From the NCBI GenBank assembly GCA_965195345.1, contig OZ239628.1, positions 1,696,001 to 1,760,000 of the forward strand: a stretch of 64,000 bases of DNA, given 5' to 3'. Each line of letters starts with the position of its first letter. Position 1 is the first letter of the stretch. The DNA is from an uncultured Thiomicrospira sp. (lineage in GTDB: Bacteria; Pseudomonadota; Gammaproteobacteria; CAKMZV01). Of this stretch, positions 53,034 through 62,772 are shown in pieces. The translations under genes were made by a program, and so were the position numbers. Below the pieces are notes generated by a model. That model was not told where the DNA came from. It was given only the letters and a program-made list of their open reading frames with translations, and did not search any database.

Positions 53034-54224
53034 ATGTTGATGATTAAAAAGATCAGAAAATTTCTGTTTTTTGGTTTGATTGCATGTACTCTGCCTTCTC
53101 TAGCCCAGCCCCTTAACATATGCCTTGAACCACAAGGTAAAAAAGTGTTTGAAAATCCAACCGGGATTATATGGTTAGAACGCCGTAACGGTTGGTTCGT
53201 ATTAGAAAAGCGTGGACGCCTATACTTCTATGATGCTCAAAATAACGTTAAAGAACTTGTAGCAAACTGGCAAAAGCGTGTTAATGACTCTTTTGAAGGG
53301 GGGCTACTAAGCGTTGCTCTTGACCCTAACTTCTTTGAAAATAGATATATTTATACCCATATGACTTTAGCAGGCGAAGAAACGATATCTGCTATCGAAC
53401 GCTGGACAATTTCTTCCGATGGATTGGTGCAGTTGGATTCATTGAAAACTATCCTCACACAAATACAGCCTTATGACAATCACAACGGTGGACGTATTGC
53501 TTTTGGTCCTGATGGGTATCTTTATGTAGGGTTTGGCGACGGTGGACTGGCTGGAGATCCAAATGCCAATGCGCAAAATGTTAGCAATTTGCTCGGCGCA
53601 ATTTTGCGTATTAACGTACATACTCAAGAGCGCTATTTAATACCTGAAGATAATCCTTTTTTGCTAAGTTCTTTCGACAAATACCACGCACCAATGAAAA
53701 AAGAAAGTCGTCCAGAAATCTATGCATGGGGTTTGCGCAATCCTTGGCAATTTAGCTTTGACTCTCTTACAGGCGATTTATGGTTAGCCGATGTTGGAGA
53801 AAACCAGCAGGAAGAAATAAATTTAATACTCAAAGGTCACAATTATGGATGGGATTGCTATGAGGGGACACTGGAATTTGAGCCAAATAACTGGTGCACT
53901 GCCAATAAAAAACTTTTAGATTTTCCATACACCACATATTCTCGCTCGCTCGGAAAATCCGTTGTTGGAGGGTATGTGTATCGTGGAGAAAAATATACAG
54001 ACTGGTTTGGAAAATATTTTTTTGCAGACTTCATCAGCGGTAGGATTTGGACGTTCCCAACATCTAAGCTATTATTGAAAAAAAAACGCCAACCATTTCA
54101 TGAAACCTATAAAGGCAACATGTTCATCAGCAGTTTCGCTGAAGACGGCGAAGGTGAGCTCTACGTTGTTGGATATTACTCTGGACGTATATACGCATTA
54201 AAAGAGCAATGTAAAAAACATTGA
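53034..54224 (+). CDS. PQQ-dependent sugar dehydrogenase (GSDH) family
   Basis: NHNGGRIAFGPDGYLY, AWGLRNPW and NYGW motifs; signal peptide. Confidence 0.9.
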   Translation: MLMIKKIRKFLFFGLIACTLPSLAQPLNICLEPQGKKVFENPTGIIWLERRNGWFVLEKRGRLYFYDAQNNVKELVANWQKRVNDSFEGGLLSVALDPNFFENRYIYTHMTLAGEETISAIERWTISSDGLVQLDSLKTILTQIQPYDNHNGGRIAFGPDGYLYVGFGDGGLAGDPNANAQNVSNLLGAILRINVHTQERYLIPEDNPFLLSSFDKYHAPMKKESRPEIYAWGLRNPWQFSFDSLTGDLWLADVGENQQEEINLILKGHNYGWDCYEGTLEFEPNNWCTANKKLLDFPYTTYSRSLGKSVVGGYVYRGEKYTDWFGKYFFADFISGRIWTFPTSKLLLKKKRQPFHETYKGNMFISSFAEDGEGELYVVGYYSGRIYALKEQCKKH

Positions 54225-54321
54225 AACCAGCGCATATTTACTACTTATTAAGCCGATTTATTGAGTAAATTTGAAAAAAAGATAGCTGAAAAATGATGCT
54301 CTTGAAACAGCACTAATTCAT

Positions 54322-54975
54322 TTATTTAATCGTGCTGAGACAGCTTTCTATCTGTTCACTAATCGATTTTATATCTGCTTCTCCGTCAATGGCAAAATAG
54401 ACAGAAGAACCGTCGCATGTCTTACTATTGTAGTGCCTCGTGAGCGGTTTAGTTTGCTCATGATACACCTCAAGCCTCGCTCGAACCGTTTCTTCTTTGT
54501 CATCATCACGTTGAACTAAAGCTTCACCTGTTAGATCATCTATCCCCTCTTTTTTTGGAGGATTGTATATAGTATGATAGGTACGCCCACTCGGTTTATG
54601 CACTCTGCGTCCACTCAAACGTTTCACCAATTTATCATCAGAAACAACAATTTCAACGACTACATCAATGACTACACCCGCTTTTTCCAAAGCGTCTGCT
54701 TGGGCTAACGTTCTAGGGAAACCATCAAAAATATACCCTTTTTTAGAAGTCTTTTGACCAACACGCTCGATCACTAAGCCGATGATAATTTCATCTGGAA
54801 CCAACTCGCCAGAATCCATATAGCCCTTTGCTTTCATCCCTAAATCGGTTTGGTTGATAACCGCTTCGCGAAGCATGTCGCCTGTGGATATTTGTGCAAG
54901 GTCAAACAAATCCATGATTTTTTGAGCTTGTGTTCCTTTGCCAGCTCCGGGGGGGCCTAGAAAAATAACGCGCAT
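54322..54975 (-). CDS. adk: Adenylate kinase
   Basis: [24 protein letters not shown] and QRDDD motifs. Confidence 0.98.
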   Translation of the reverse strand: MRVIFLGPPGAGKGTQAQKIMDLFDLAQISTGDMLREAVINQTDLGMKAKGYMDSGELVPDEIIIGLVIERVGQKTSKKGYIFDGFPRTLAQADALEKAGVVIDVVVEIVVSDDKLVKRLSGRRVHKPSGRTYHTIYNPPKKEGIDDLTGEALVQRDDDKEETVRARLEVYHEQTKPLTRHYNSKTCDGSSVYFAIDGEADIKSISEQIESCLSTIK

Positions 54976-55045
54976 ATTACCTTATTTGATATTGAAAAAC
55001 ATATGCTCTATTATAGCGTAGAATACCGATTTCCCTGTAGTCACT

Positions 55046-56101
55046 ATGCTTAAAGTACTTAAAAAATGGTATCAATCCACTGATATTGATCTAACGAAAG
55101 ATTTTGAGGATTTGTTTGCTCAAAAAGGCATCGTAATGGATGAGCAACAACAACGAGCTATTGTTCATCTTGACGTTCTCTTAAAAACCATTCATTCATC
55201 GAATTCTTTTCAGAAAAATCAAAGCATCGGTGTGTATTTATGGGGTGGCGTTGGCCGTGGAAAAACGATGATTATGAACGCTTTTTTTCAAAAATTAAAA
55301 CGAAAAAAAATACGATTACACTATCACGAGCTGCTTCAGCAACTGCTTAATCAACTAAAAATATTTGACAAGACAGACAATCCTATGGATTCGGTCATAC
55401 ATCAGCTCGCTGATAATGCAAAGGTATTGTGCATAGATGATTTGCATATTCACGACATCGTCGATGGCACACTATGGCAAGGTGTTTATCAAAATGCCGT
55501 TAAACGCAAACTATTCCTAGTAATCACTTCCAACTATCACCCTGATAAATTACTCGATATTCCTGGCTATCAATTTAAAATTCGTCCTGTTCTTGATGCA
55601 ATGAAACAGAATATGGAAATAATCCAATTGGACGCTGGCGTTGACTATCGTTATCAAAAGCTTGAAAACCCACCTTCAACAAGGAATATGCAAGACGAAG
55701 CGCTTGATGCGATTTTCGCTCAGTTAATCGATAATGAGATAACTGTTCAAAATGGTGTGATAACGATTCAACACCGTCCAATTCAATATCTTAGAAAGAA
55801 TGAAAAAATTATTTGGTTTGAGTTTGATGAAATTTGCGGAAGCATAAGATCTTACCGTGATTATCTCGATTTAAGCGATGCCTTTTCAACGTTTTTTGTC
55901 TCAGGAATCAATGAAGAAAACATTCAAGACCCTATTTGGCTCAAACGTTTTATCTGGCTGGTTGATATCCTCTATGATAGAAATATCCCTTTTTATCTGG
56001 GCTCTTCAGAACCTGTACTTAATTTGATAAAAAAAGCACCTTCAATCGTTGACTTTGATAGAACAAAAAGTCGATTAAAGCAGATGCTTTTTCTTACGTA
56101 G
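55046..56101 (+). CDS. zapE: Cell division ATPase ZapE (AFG1 family)
   Basis: YLWGGVGRGKT, TSNYHP, GVDYR and RFIWLVDILYD motifs. Confidence 0.88.
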   Translation: MLKVLKKWYQSTDIDLTKDFEDLFAQKGIVMDEQQQRAIVHLDVLLKTIHSSNSFQKNQSIGVYLWGGVGRGKTMIMNAFFQKLKRKKIRLHYHELLQQLLNQLKIFDKTDNPMDSVIHQLADNAKVLCIDDLHIHDIVDGTLWQGVYQNAVKRKLFLVITSNYHPDKLLDIPGYQFKIRPVLDAMKQNMEIIQLDAGVDYRYQKLENPPSTRNMQDEALDAIFAQLIDNEITVQNGVITIQHRPIQYLRKNEKIIWFEFDEICGSIRSYRDYLDLSDAFSTFFVSGINEENIQDPIWLKRFIWLVDILYDRNIPFYLGSSEPVLNLIKKAPSIVDFDRTKSRLKQMLFLT

Positions 56102-56200
56102 CTTGACATTAACGACCGTATTAAGGATTAGATGATATTAAGCATCCTGTATATTTTTCATGAAATGGCTGGTAAGCGATTGCGACCAAGCACTGTGTTT

Positions 56201-56650
56201 TTATTGTACATTCAAGGAATCTACGCACACTAACTCCTTTCGCATGACAATGGCACTATCAGGACACAGTACACGAAATTCTTCACATTGTTTTATGCAA
56301 ACAGGGGCGTTTTCTTTTTGTATTGTTTCATAACCGAGGGCAGAAAAATACAATTCTGCGGTATTCGTTAGCAAATACATTATTCGAACATTATTCTCTT
56401 GCGCGTGTTTTTCAATTTCTCGCACTAACTTTAATCCAATACCACGACTTCTGAAATCACTCGACACCGCCAATGAACGTAATAAAGCTTCTCTTCCAAA
56501 ATTTTCCAAACCTACCAATGCACATAATGTGTCATTTTCGTAATAACCGATAAATTGACTTAAATCTAATTTTTGCAAATCTTCCGTAGGCAAATCACTG
56601 CTTGCCAATATTTGATGAACATCCTCAATAGATGGATTGAATTGAATCAT
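56201..56650 (-). CDS. GNAT N-acetyltransferase (ArsN2-like)
   Basis: LPTEDL, ALLRSLAV, RSRGIG, YLLTNTAELYF and LCPDSA motifs. Confidence 0.85.
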   Translation of the reverse strand: MIQFNPSIEDVHQILASSDLPTEDLQKLDLSQFIGYYENDTLCALVGLENFGREALLRSLAVSSDFRSRGIGLKLVREIEKHAQENNVRIMYLLTNTAELYFSALGYETIQKENAPVCIKQCEEFRVLCPDSAIVMRKELVCVDSLNVQ

Positions 56651-57489
56651 ATAGTGAAACGCTCTCCTGTTTCTAAAGATTGATAGATATTATAAAGCAC
56701 CTTAGCACCCGCATTATCTACATTAGGGGCACCTAACCCTTCAATAACGTGTCTTTTATCGAGGGTTCTAAATTCAAAACTAAATCGCACCTTATTGGAA
56801 GTATTAGGAATTGAATCGTGTAAATGCGCAGAAGAGAACGCTAAACATTGATCGGGTTCAATTACTACAGCAACGCCGTTTTTTGGCTCTTCAAGGCTCG
56901 ATGGCGCTCCCTTGTAGTCAAGTTTTTCTCCCGCCTTAGCGGCTTTTTTCTTTTGCATGTACGTAGAAAAAGACCACGAATCAGTATCATTGGGCATGGG
57001 ATTATTCCAATAATGTGGGTAAAAACGAATAGTACGGTTTGTATCAATTGGGTATATTGGCGCCCACCAATTTACCTGCGCTTGAACGTTAACTCCCCAC
57101 GTGTCACGATGAGCATGTACATGATCATGCAACCAACGCTTCTCATAAAAATTCACGGGCGGTGCAGCGCGTAAAATAATTTTATCCCAATATAAAAATG
57201 TAGAGTCAATACCCCATGACTTGAAAACTTGACGAACCGTATCTCGCTGTTCATTCTGAATAGCTTCACGAGCCTTAACAAGTAGTGCTATGAAATGCGT
57301 ATGATCAATATGATTATGAGCATCTGTTGGATGATAAGGCATAAAAACCTCTTCCAAAATGCCTGCCATTTTCTTGCGCCATTGCGCAAAAAAAGCATCT
57401 GTAGGTTGAACACAGAACAACTGTCCTGAAAAAATCTGTGGATAAAACTTTTCTTCTAACGGCGAACCAATAATTTTCAAAAAATCCAT
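56647..57489 (-). CDS. Hypothetical protein, possible non-heme Fe(II)/2OG dioxygenase fold
   Basis: HRD(TW)...HDS...RFSFEFR arrangement fits an HxD...H facial triad plus RxS. Confidence 0.6.
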   Translation of the reverse strand: MDFLKIIGSPLEEKFYPQIFSGQLFCVQPTDAFFAQWRKKMAGILEEVFMPYHPTDAHNHIDHTHFIALLVKAREAIQNEQRDTVRQVFKSWGIDSTFLYWDKIILRAAPPVNFYEKRWLHDHVHAHRDTWGVNVQAQVNWWAPIYPIDTNRTIRFYPHYWNNPMPNDTDSWSFSTYMQKKKAAKAGEKLDYKGAPSSLEEPKNGVAVVIEPDQCLAFSSAHLHDSIPNTSNKVRFSFEFRTLDKRHVIEGLGAPNVDNAGAKVLYNIYQSLETGERFTI

Positions 57490-57541
57490 ATCCCACCTCT
57501 TAACAAAATTTATATCCCAGTAACCAACTATAAATTAAGTT

Positions 57542-57570
57542 AAGTCTGGGCAGCATAACTGCCCAGACTT
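57542..57570 (-). terminator. Intrinsic terminator after the GcvT-family gene
   Basis: Perfect 12-bp stem AAGTCTGGGCAG-CATAA-CTGCCCAGACTT, 8 nt after the stop. Confidence 0.85.
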
Positions 57571-57578
57571 TGAAAGTT

Positions 57579-58859
57579 TTATGATTCCAGTTTATGTCCT
57601 GTTGCTGACAGACCAGTCCCAGAACTTTCAGGTTTTTTGAAAGGCGTTGGAACCACTTCGGCATCAACTGGAGTTGCTGAATATTTTTCAGGCAACACTA
57701 CTTTCATTTTGGTGCCTATTTTTGCGTACTCACTTGGCACAAAAGCAAATGCAATATTGCTTTCTTGCGATGGAGAATACCATGCTGAGGTAATATGCCC
57801 TATCAATTCATCACCGTCAAGGACATGATAAAAATCAGCCGGATACCATTCGATATGCTTGCCGCCCATACGTATACCAACAAGTTTATGGGTTGCGCCT
57901 TTATCGTGTATTTTTTGCAAGGCTTCTTTACCAATAAAGCTATCCTTTGTGAAATCTACTTGCCAGCCAAGACCTAATTCATAAGGGTTATTCTCTTGGT
58001 CCATGTCTTGTCCCCAAGAAAGAATTCCTGCTTCAATACGACGATGATGCCCTGGAGCAATTACTTTCAAGTTGAACGCTTTACCAGCCTCAAGAACTGC
58101 ATTCCACATCTTCTCTGCATTTATAGTTGCATCTTTCAAATAGATCTCATAACCAAGCTCAGTTGAGAATCCTGTGCGTGAAATATAAACATCACAACCA
58201 TTGATGACTGCTTTCATCATACCATAGTATGCAATATTGTTAATCTCATCACCAAAGATCGAGATCATCAAATCACGTGATTTTGGACCTTGAATTTGTA
58301 CTGGAGCAACATCAATCTCATGGATTTCAACATCCATACCAACTAATGCATTAACCCCTTGCAAATATATACCAATATCCGAATCTGAAAGCGAGAACCA
58401 AAACTCATCTTCAGCAGGACGAAGAAGAATAGGATCGTTAAGCACTCCACCATATTGATTACACAAAATCACATAACGCGCTTTCATAACTGCACACGAT
58501 GAAGCACGACGAGTAATGACTTGATCAACAAATTTTTCAGCATCGGGTCCTTTAACCTGAATTTGTCTCTCAACTGCGACATTCCACATTGTTACATGCT
58601 CGGTCAAATATTTATATTCTTCCATTAATCCACCATCTTCAGGCTTAATATAGGCACGTGGATGGTAAATTCGGTTGTACACAGAATGACACCAGCATCC
58701 TGCTTCTTGCGACAAATGCCAGTAAGGACCTTTGCGGATACGCGTATCAATTAATATGCGCGATCCTTCAGCGGTTGCACCTGTATCACCAGGAACACTG
58801 CGACTATCACCACTTTGAATAAGTTGAATAGGCACTTTTCTTTGTTTTAGTTTAGACAT
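57579..58859 (-). CDS. GcvT-family aminomethyltransferase / THF-dependent demethylase (not canonical GcvT)
   Basis: MWNVAVERQIQVKGPDA, QIQGPKS, SRTGFSTELGYEIY and RRIEAG motifs; no gcvH or gcvP nearby. Confidence 0.88.
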   Translation of the reverse strand: MSKLKQRKVPIQLIQSGDSRSVPGDTGATAEGSRILIDTRIRKGPYWHLSQEAGCWCHSVYNRIYHPRAYIKPEDGGLMEEYKYLTEHVTMWNVAVERQIQVKGPDAEKFVDQVITRRASSCAVMKARYVILCNQYGGVLNDPILLRPAEDEFWFSLSDSDIGIYLQGVNALVGMDVEIHEIDVAPVQIQGPKSRDLMISIFGDEINNIAYYGMMKAVINGCDVYISRTGFSTELGYEIYLKDATINAEKMWNAVLEAGKAFNLKVIAPGHHRRIEAGILSWGQDMDQENNPYELGLGWQVDFTKDSFIGKEALQKIHDKGATHKLVGIRMGGKHIEWYPADFYHVLDGDELIGHITSAWYSPSQESNIAFAFVPSEYAKIGTKMKVVLPEKYSATPVDAEVVPTPFKKPESSGTGLSATGHKLES

Positions 58860-58928
58860 AGTTCATCTCCATATATTAAAAAAGTTTATAAACCCATGTT
58901 AATATTCATACATCCTTTTCAAAATGCA

Positions 58929-59738
58929 TCAAACATCAACTCCAAATTTAGCCAAATCATCAAATGCTCCAGAATAATTTCCAAAAGCATAACAATGCAA
59001 TCCAGCTATTTTTTTTGAAGCCAATAGTGGCTTTAAAAAATCATCACTCTTATATTCGGTTAGTAATTTGAACATATTTTGTTTTTTTAAAAAAACCAAT
59101 GCTTTTTCAATACCAACTAAAGAGGCCATTTGAACCAATTTACTCAATTTACAGGGCGCTACAAAACCAACACATAGTCCCGTGTCAATTCTGTGCGCAC
59201 GCAATAAATCAAGATAATTTAATACTGACTGAGACTCAAAACTCATTTGTGTCATTAACAGCGTTTGTTTCCCTTGTCTTTTTGCCCAAGCAATTTTCTG
59301 CTCTATAAAATCAATAGCAATATTCGTATCCTCTGCATGAAGATGACCTTCTGGAAAAGCAGCAAAATACGTTACAGGTGCCTCAAGATTGTCAACTTCA
59401 CCACTATCAAGAAGTTGTTGCACACTCTCGAAACATTCTGGTTTATCATTATCTCCCCCTAAAAATAATACACCGTCCACCCCTATCTCATTAAGTCGGC
59501 TAATGATGGTAGGAAAATCTTCTGTCTTCTTGATGTTTCGTGCTGCTAAATGTGCAACCACTTGAAATCCAGACTCCTTCAACGAGGCACATGCTCGTAA
59601 TCCATCATTGAAATCAGAACCATTTATGTGGGTAACAAACACTTTTGTTTGTTGGACAGGAACACTTCTCGATGCTTTTTGAAAAGCACTCAACAACTTA
59701 TCTTCGTGATTGGGGAAAACTTCAATGGACAAATGCAT
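58929..59738 (-). CDS. Methylenetetrahydrofolate reductase-like protein
   Basis: SIEVFP, VAHLAAR, LGGD, AAFPEGH and TQMSF motifs of the MetF fold. Confidence 0.8.
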   Translation of the reverse strand: MHLSIEVFPNHEDKLLSAFQKASRSVPVQQTKVFVTHINGSDFNDGLRACASLKESGFQVVAHLAARNIKKTEDFPTIISRLNEIGVDGVLFLGGDNDKPECFESVQQLLDSGEVDNLEAPVTYFAAFPEGHLHAEDTNIAIDFIEQKIAWAKRQGKQTLLMTQMSFESQSVLNYLDLLRAHRIDTGLCVGFVAPCKLSKLVQMASLVGIEKALVFLKKQNMFKLLTEYKSDDFLKPLLASKKIAGLHCYAFGNYSGAFDDLAKFGVDV

Positions 59739-60194
59739 AAATACACCAAATAATTTTATCTAGATTAAATCTTTAACGATCAACCGTAGCATAGCAACAC
59801 CCTCTAAAATTTAGGGGGTGAATTATAAATCTTGATTATGGAATGAAAGCCCCTATTTATATTAAAATTTTCAATGGGTTGCTTTGCTAAATTTGCATTA
59901 TCTGGCGTATTAAATAAGTGCATAAATGCACCAGAGCAGTTTAAAGAAAGATATCGATGAATTGATGAAGACTCGGGTTGGAATAGAAAATGTAAACTGG
60001 AAGAGTGATTTTGCAACCGATTCAAAAAGAACTGAACGAAAAAATCAGAGAGCTGATGAATACTCAATTTTTAGATAGATAATGAACATGGTAATGGTAA
60101 TATCAAACTAACCAATGCCAAACAGCTTAAGAAGCAAATCTGCTCTATCTTAACATGTGCACTGAGTGCCCCAAAGGAACTGTTGTAGATTTTG

Positions 60195-60376
60195 TTAAAC
60201 GGAAGGAAGGAATATGTTAAGGATACAGTAATATCCAACGATCTATTGCTTGCACCATATCTTAAGGTACTCATAACGGTTCACTTAAGAGTTTCTTCTT
60301 TTTTGGAAACGAGGCAACGTTAGAATACATATAATATATTTAATACCAGTTTAATACAATTCATGCGGAGTAAACT
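60195..60376 (+). repeat. Upstream (promoter/leader) segment, copy 1
   Basis: Diverged direct repeat of 61166-61352; shares AATATCCAACGATCTATTGCTTGC, TCATAACGGTT and AACGTTAGAAT. Confidence 0.85.
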
Positions 60377-61042
60377 ATGAATGAAAAAAAACAATCTTTG
60401 TTAGGTGGTGGAGAAGAATTAAGAGCAGTTTGTACTCCTGACTCAGGAGCTGCAGGAGTAAATGTCACCATAACAGCGACGCCTGCGTCTGAACCCTCAG
60501 GATTCCACAATCTAACCATTTTAGGCGGAGTAATAACATCATTAGAAACAGGGTTAGCCGAAAGATTAGATAATGTAGAAGCTGTGGAAGATGCAAAAAT
60601 TTATACTACAACGCTCCCTAATGATCTTGATGAAGGACACTACGATATTGTCATAGATTTAATATCACACGTCCCAGGTGCAGAAGAGTCACGCTTTACG
60701 ATTAAGGCCAGTTATGAGGTTGAGGCGCATAAACCGGGTAAAAATCCTGAGGTAAGAACAATCATCCCATCGACAGTTTCGCAAGCTGAATTCAATACAA
60801 AAGTATTCTCTGCGCAGGGAACTAATTTTGATAAGTTAAATGTTCAGCGTGGTGCTCAAATAATTTCTGAAACTGGATTAACCAGATTAAGCATAACGCC
60901 TCAAAGTGATACAAGATGCCTTATACGTGTACTCAATCCATCTGGCACTCCTCCTTCGGAGGGTGTTTGGGCAATGTTCATGTACAGCAGCGGTGGAGAA
61001 CCTATTTCATCAACATCTAGGATTCGAGTGGTGAAAGAATAG
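60377..61042 (+). CDS. Tandem-array paralog 1: putative two-Ig/IPT-domain protein
   Basis: GGAG RBS; IPT/TIG-like patterns CTPDSGAAGVNVTIT...EGHYDIVI and PEVRTIIPS...QGTNFD; no signal peptide. Confidence 0.85.
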   Translation: MNEKKQSLLGGGEELRAVCTPDSGAAGVNVTITATPASEPSGFHNLTILGGVITSLETGLAERLDNVEAVEDAKIYTTTLPNDLDEGHYDIVIDLISHVPGAEESRFTIKASYEVEAHKPGKNPEVRTIIPSTVSQAEFNTKVFSAQGTNFDKLNVQRGAQIISETGLTRLSITPQSDTRCLIRVLNPSGTPPSEGVWAMFMYSSGGEPISSTSRIRVVKE

Positions 61043-61118
61043 TAAGCGCACCAAATGTCATCATATAATCCAGTATTCTAAGAAACATTTCTCACTCATA
61101 GATTATATAAATCCAATT

Positions 61119-61169
61119 ATGGAAAAAGATTACCTAACTTGTAATCGCTATCTGCCGATGTTTTTTTAA
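61119..61169 (+). pseudogene. Decayed 5' stub of the gene that starts at 63513
   Basis: 61043-61128 is a diverged copy of 63439-63522 (TTATATAAATCCAATTATGRAAAAAG), with TAACTTGT shared further on; stops after 16 codons. Confidence 0.7.
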
Positions 61170-61352
61170 ACGGGAAAAATGAAACCTTTTAGAATTCAGC
61201 AATATCCAACGATCTATTGCTTGCGCTATGTCTCAAGGTATTCATAACGGTTTAATTAACAGTTTTTCTTTTTTGAAAGCGAGATAACGTTAGAATGCAT
61301 ATTACTATACTAATTTAAATATGAGTTCAACACCATCCGTGCGGAGTAAGCT
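61166..61352 (+). repeat. Upstream (promoter/leader) segment, copy 2
   Basis: Diverged direct repeat of 60195-60376. Confidence 0.85.
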
Positions 61353-62021
61353 ATGAATGAAAAAAAACAATCTTTGTTAGGTGGTGGAGAAGAAGTGAGA
61401 GCAGTTTGTACTCCTGATTCAGGAGCTGCAGGAGCACATGTCACCATAACAACGACGCCTGCATCTGAACCTTCAGGATTCCATGATCTAACCATTTTAG
61501 GCGGAGTTGTAATATCACTAGAAACTGGGTTGGCTGAAAAATTAGATACTGTAGAGGCTATGGAGGATGCAAACATTTATACTGCAGTTCTCCCTAATGA
61601 TCTTGATGAAGGACACTACGACATTATCATAGATTTAACATCACACCTCCCAGGTAAAGAATCGACACGCTTTACGATTAAAGCCAATTATGAAGTTGAG
61701 GGGAATGAGCGAGGTAAAAATCCTGAAATAAGAACAATCACCCCATCAACAATTTCGCAAGCTGAATTCAATACAAAATTATTCACTGTGCAGGGAAAGA
61801 ATTTTGATCAGTTAAATGTTCAGCGCGGTGCTCAAATACTTACTGAAGCTGGAGCAACCAGATTAAGCGTAACGCCTCAAAGTGATACGAGATGCCTTAT
61901 ACGTACAATCAATCAAGCTGGCACTCCTCCTTCGGCAGGTGTTTGGGCAGTGTTCATGTTCAGCAAAAGTGGAATACGTATTTCATCAGCCTCTAGGATT
62001 AGAGTGACGGAAGAAGAGTAA
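61353..62021 (+). CDS. Tandem-array paralog 2: putative two-Ig/IPT-domain protein
   Basis: Paralog of 60377; GGAG RBS; differs from paralog 3 by one residue (A/V). Confidence 0.85.
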   Translation: MNEKKQSLLGGGEEVRAVCTPDSGAAGAHVTITTTPASEPSGFHDLTILGGVVISLETGLAEKLDTVEAMEDANIYTAVLPNDLDEGHYDIIIDLTSHLPGKESTRFTIKANYEVEGNERGKNPEIRTITPSTISQAEFNTKLFTVQGKNFDQLNVQRGAQILTEAGATRLSVTPQSDTRCLIRTINQAGTPPSAGVWAVFMFSKSGIRISSASRIRVTEEE

Positions 62022-62062
62022 GCGCACCATACGAGTTCAATACAATCAATACGGAGTAAACT

Positions 62063-62731
62063 ATGAATGAAAAAAAACAATCTTTGTTAGGTGGTGGAGA
62101 AGAAGTGAGAGCAGTTTGTACTCCTGATTCAGGAGCTGCAGGAGCACATGTCACCATAACAACGACGCCTGCATCTGAACCTTCAGGATTCCATGATCTA
62201 ACCATTTTAGGCGGAGTTGTAATATCACTAGAAACTGGGTTGGCTGAAAAATTAGATACTGTAGAGGCTATGGAGGATGCAAACATTTATACTGCAGTTC
62301 TCCCTAATGATCTTGATGAAGGACACTACGACATTATCATAGATTTAACATCACACCTCCCAGGTAAAGAATCGACACGCTTTACGATTAAAGCCAATTA
62401 TGAAGTTGAGGGGAATGAGCGAGGTAAAAATCCTGAAATAAGAACAATCACCCCATCAACAATTTCGCAAGCTGAATTCAATACAAAATTATTCACTGTG
62501 CAGGGAAAGAATTTTGATCAGTTAAATGTTCAGCGCGGTGCTCAAATACTTACTGAAGCTGGAGTAACCAGATTAAGCGTAACGCCTCAAAGTGATACGA
62601 GATGCCTTATCCGTACAATCAATCAAGCTGGCACTCCTCCTTCGGCAGGTGTTTGGGCAGTGTTCATGTTCAGCAAAAGTGGAATACGTATTTCATCAGC
62701 CTCTAGGATTAGAGTGACGGAAGAAGAATAA
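62063..62731 (+). CDS. Tandem-array paralog 3: putative two-Ig/IPT-domain protein
   Basis: Near-identical to paralog 2 (I count 3 nt differences in the CDS). Confidence 0.85.
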   Translation: MNEKKQSLLGGGEEVRAVCTPDSGAAGAHVTITTTPASEPSGFHDLTILGGVVISLETGLAEKLDTVEAMEDANIYTAVLPNDLDEGHYDIIIDLTSHLPGKESTRFTIKANYEVEGNERGKNPEIRTITPSTISQAEFNTKLFTVQGKNFDQLNVQRGAQILTEAGVTRLSVTPQSDTRCLIRTINQAGTPPSAGVWAVFMFSKSGIRISSASRIRVTEEE

Positions 62732-62772
62732 GCGCACCATACGAGTTCAATACAATCAATACGGAGTAAACC

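Noticed and set aside
58860-58928. Glycine or THF riboswitch ahead of the GcvT-family gene (also checked before 50567)
   Set aside because: This gap is short and both regions are AT-rich, with no recognisable aptamer motifs.
887-59462. Numerous 60-200 aa ORFs overlapping identified genes (e.g. 887, 2286, 5550, 32238, 35723, 42856, 50798)
   Set aside because: Antisense or off-frame shadows of well-supported genes, with no motifs I recognise.
62022-62772. 41-bp repeated spacers as CRISPR repeats or attC sites
   Set aside because: Only two copies, separated by whole paralogous genes, non-palindromic, and explained as duplication junctions; no cas genes.
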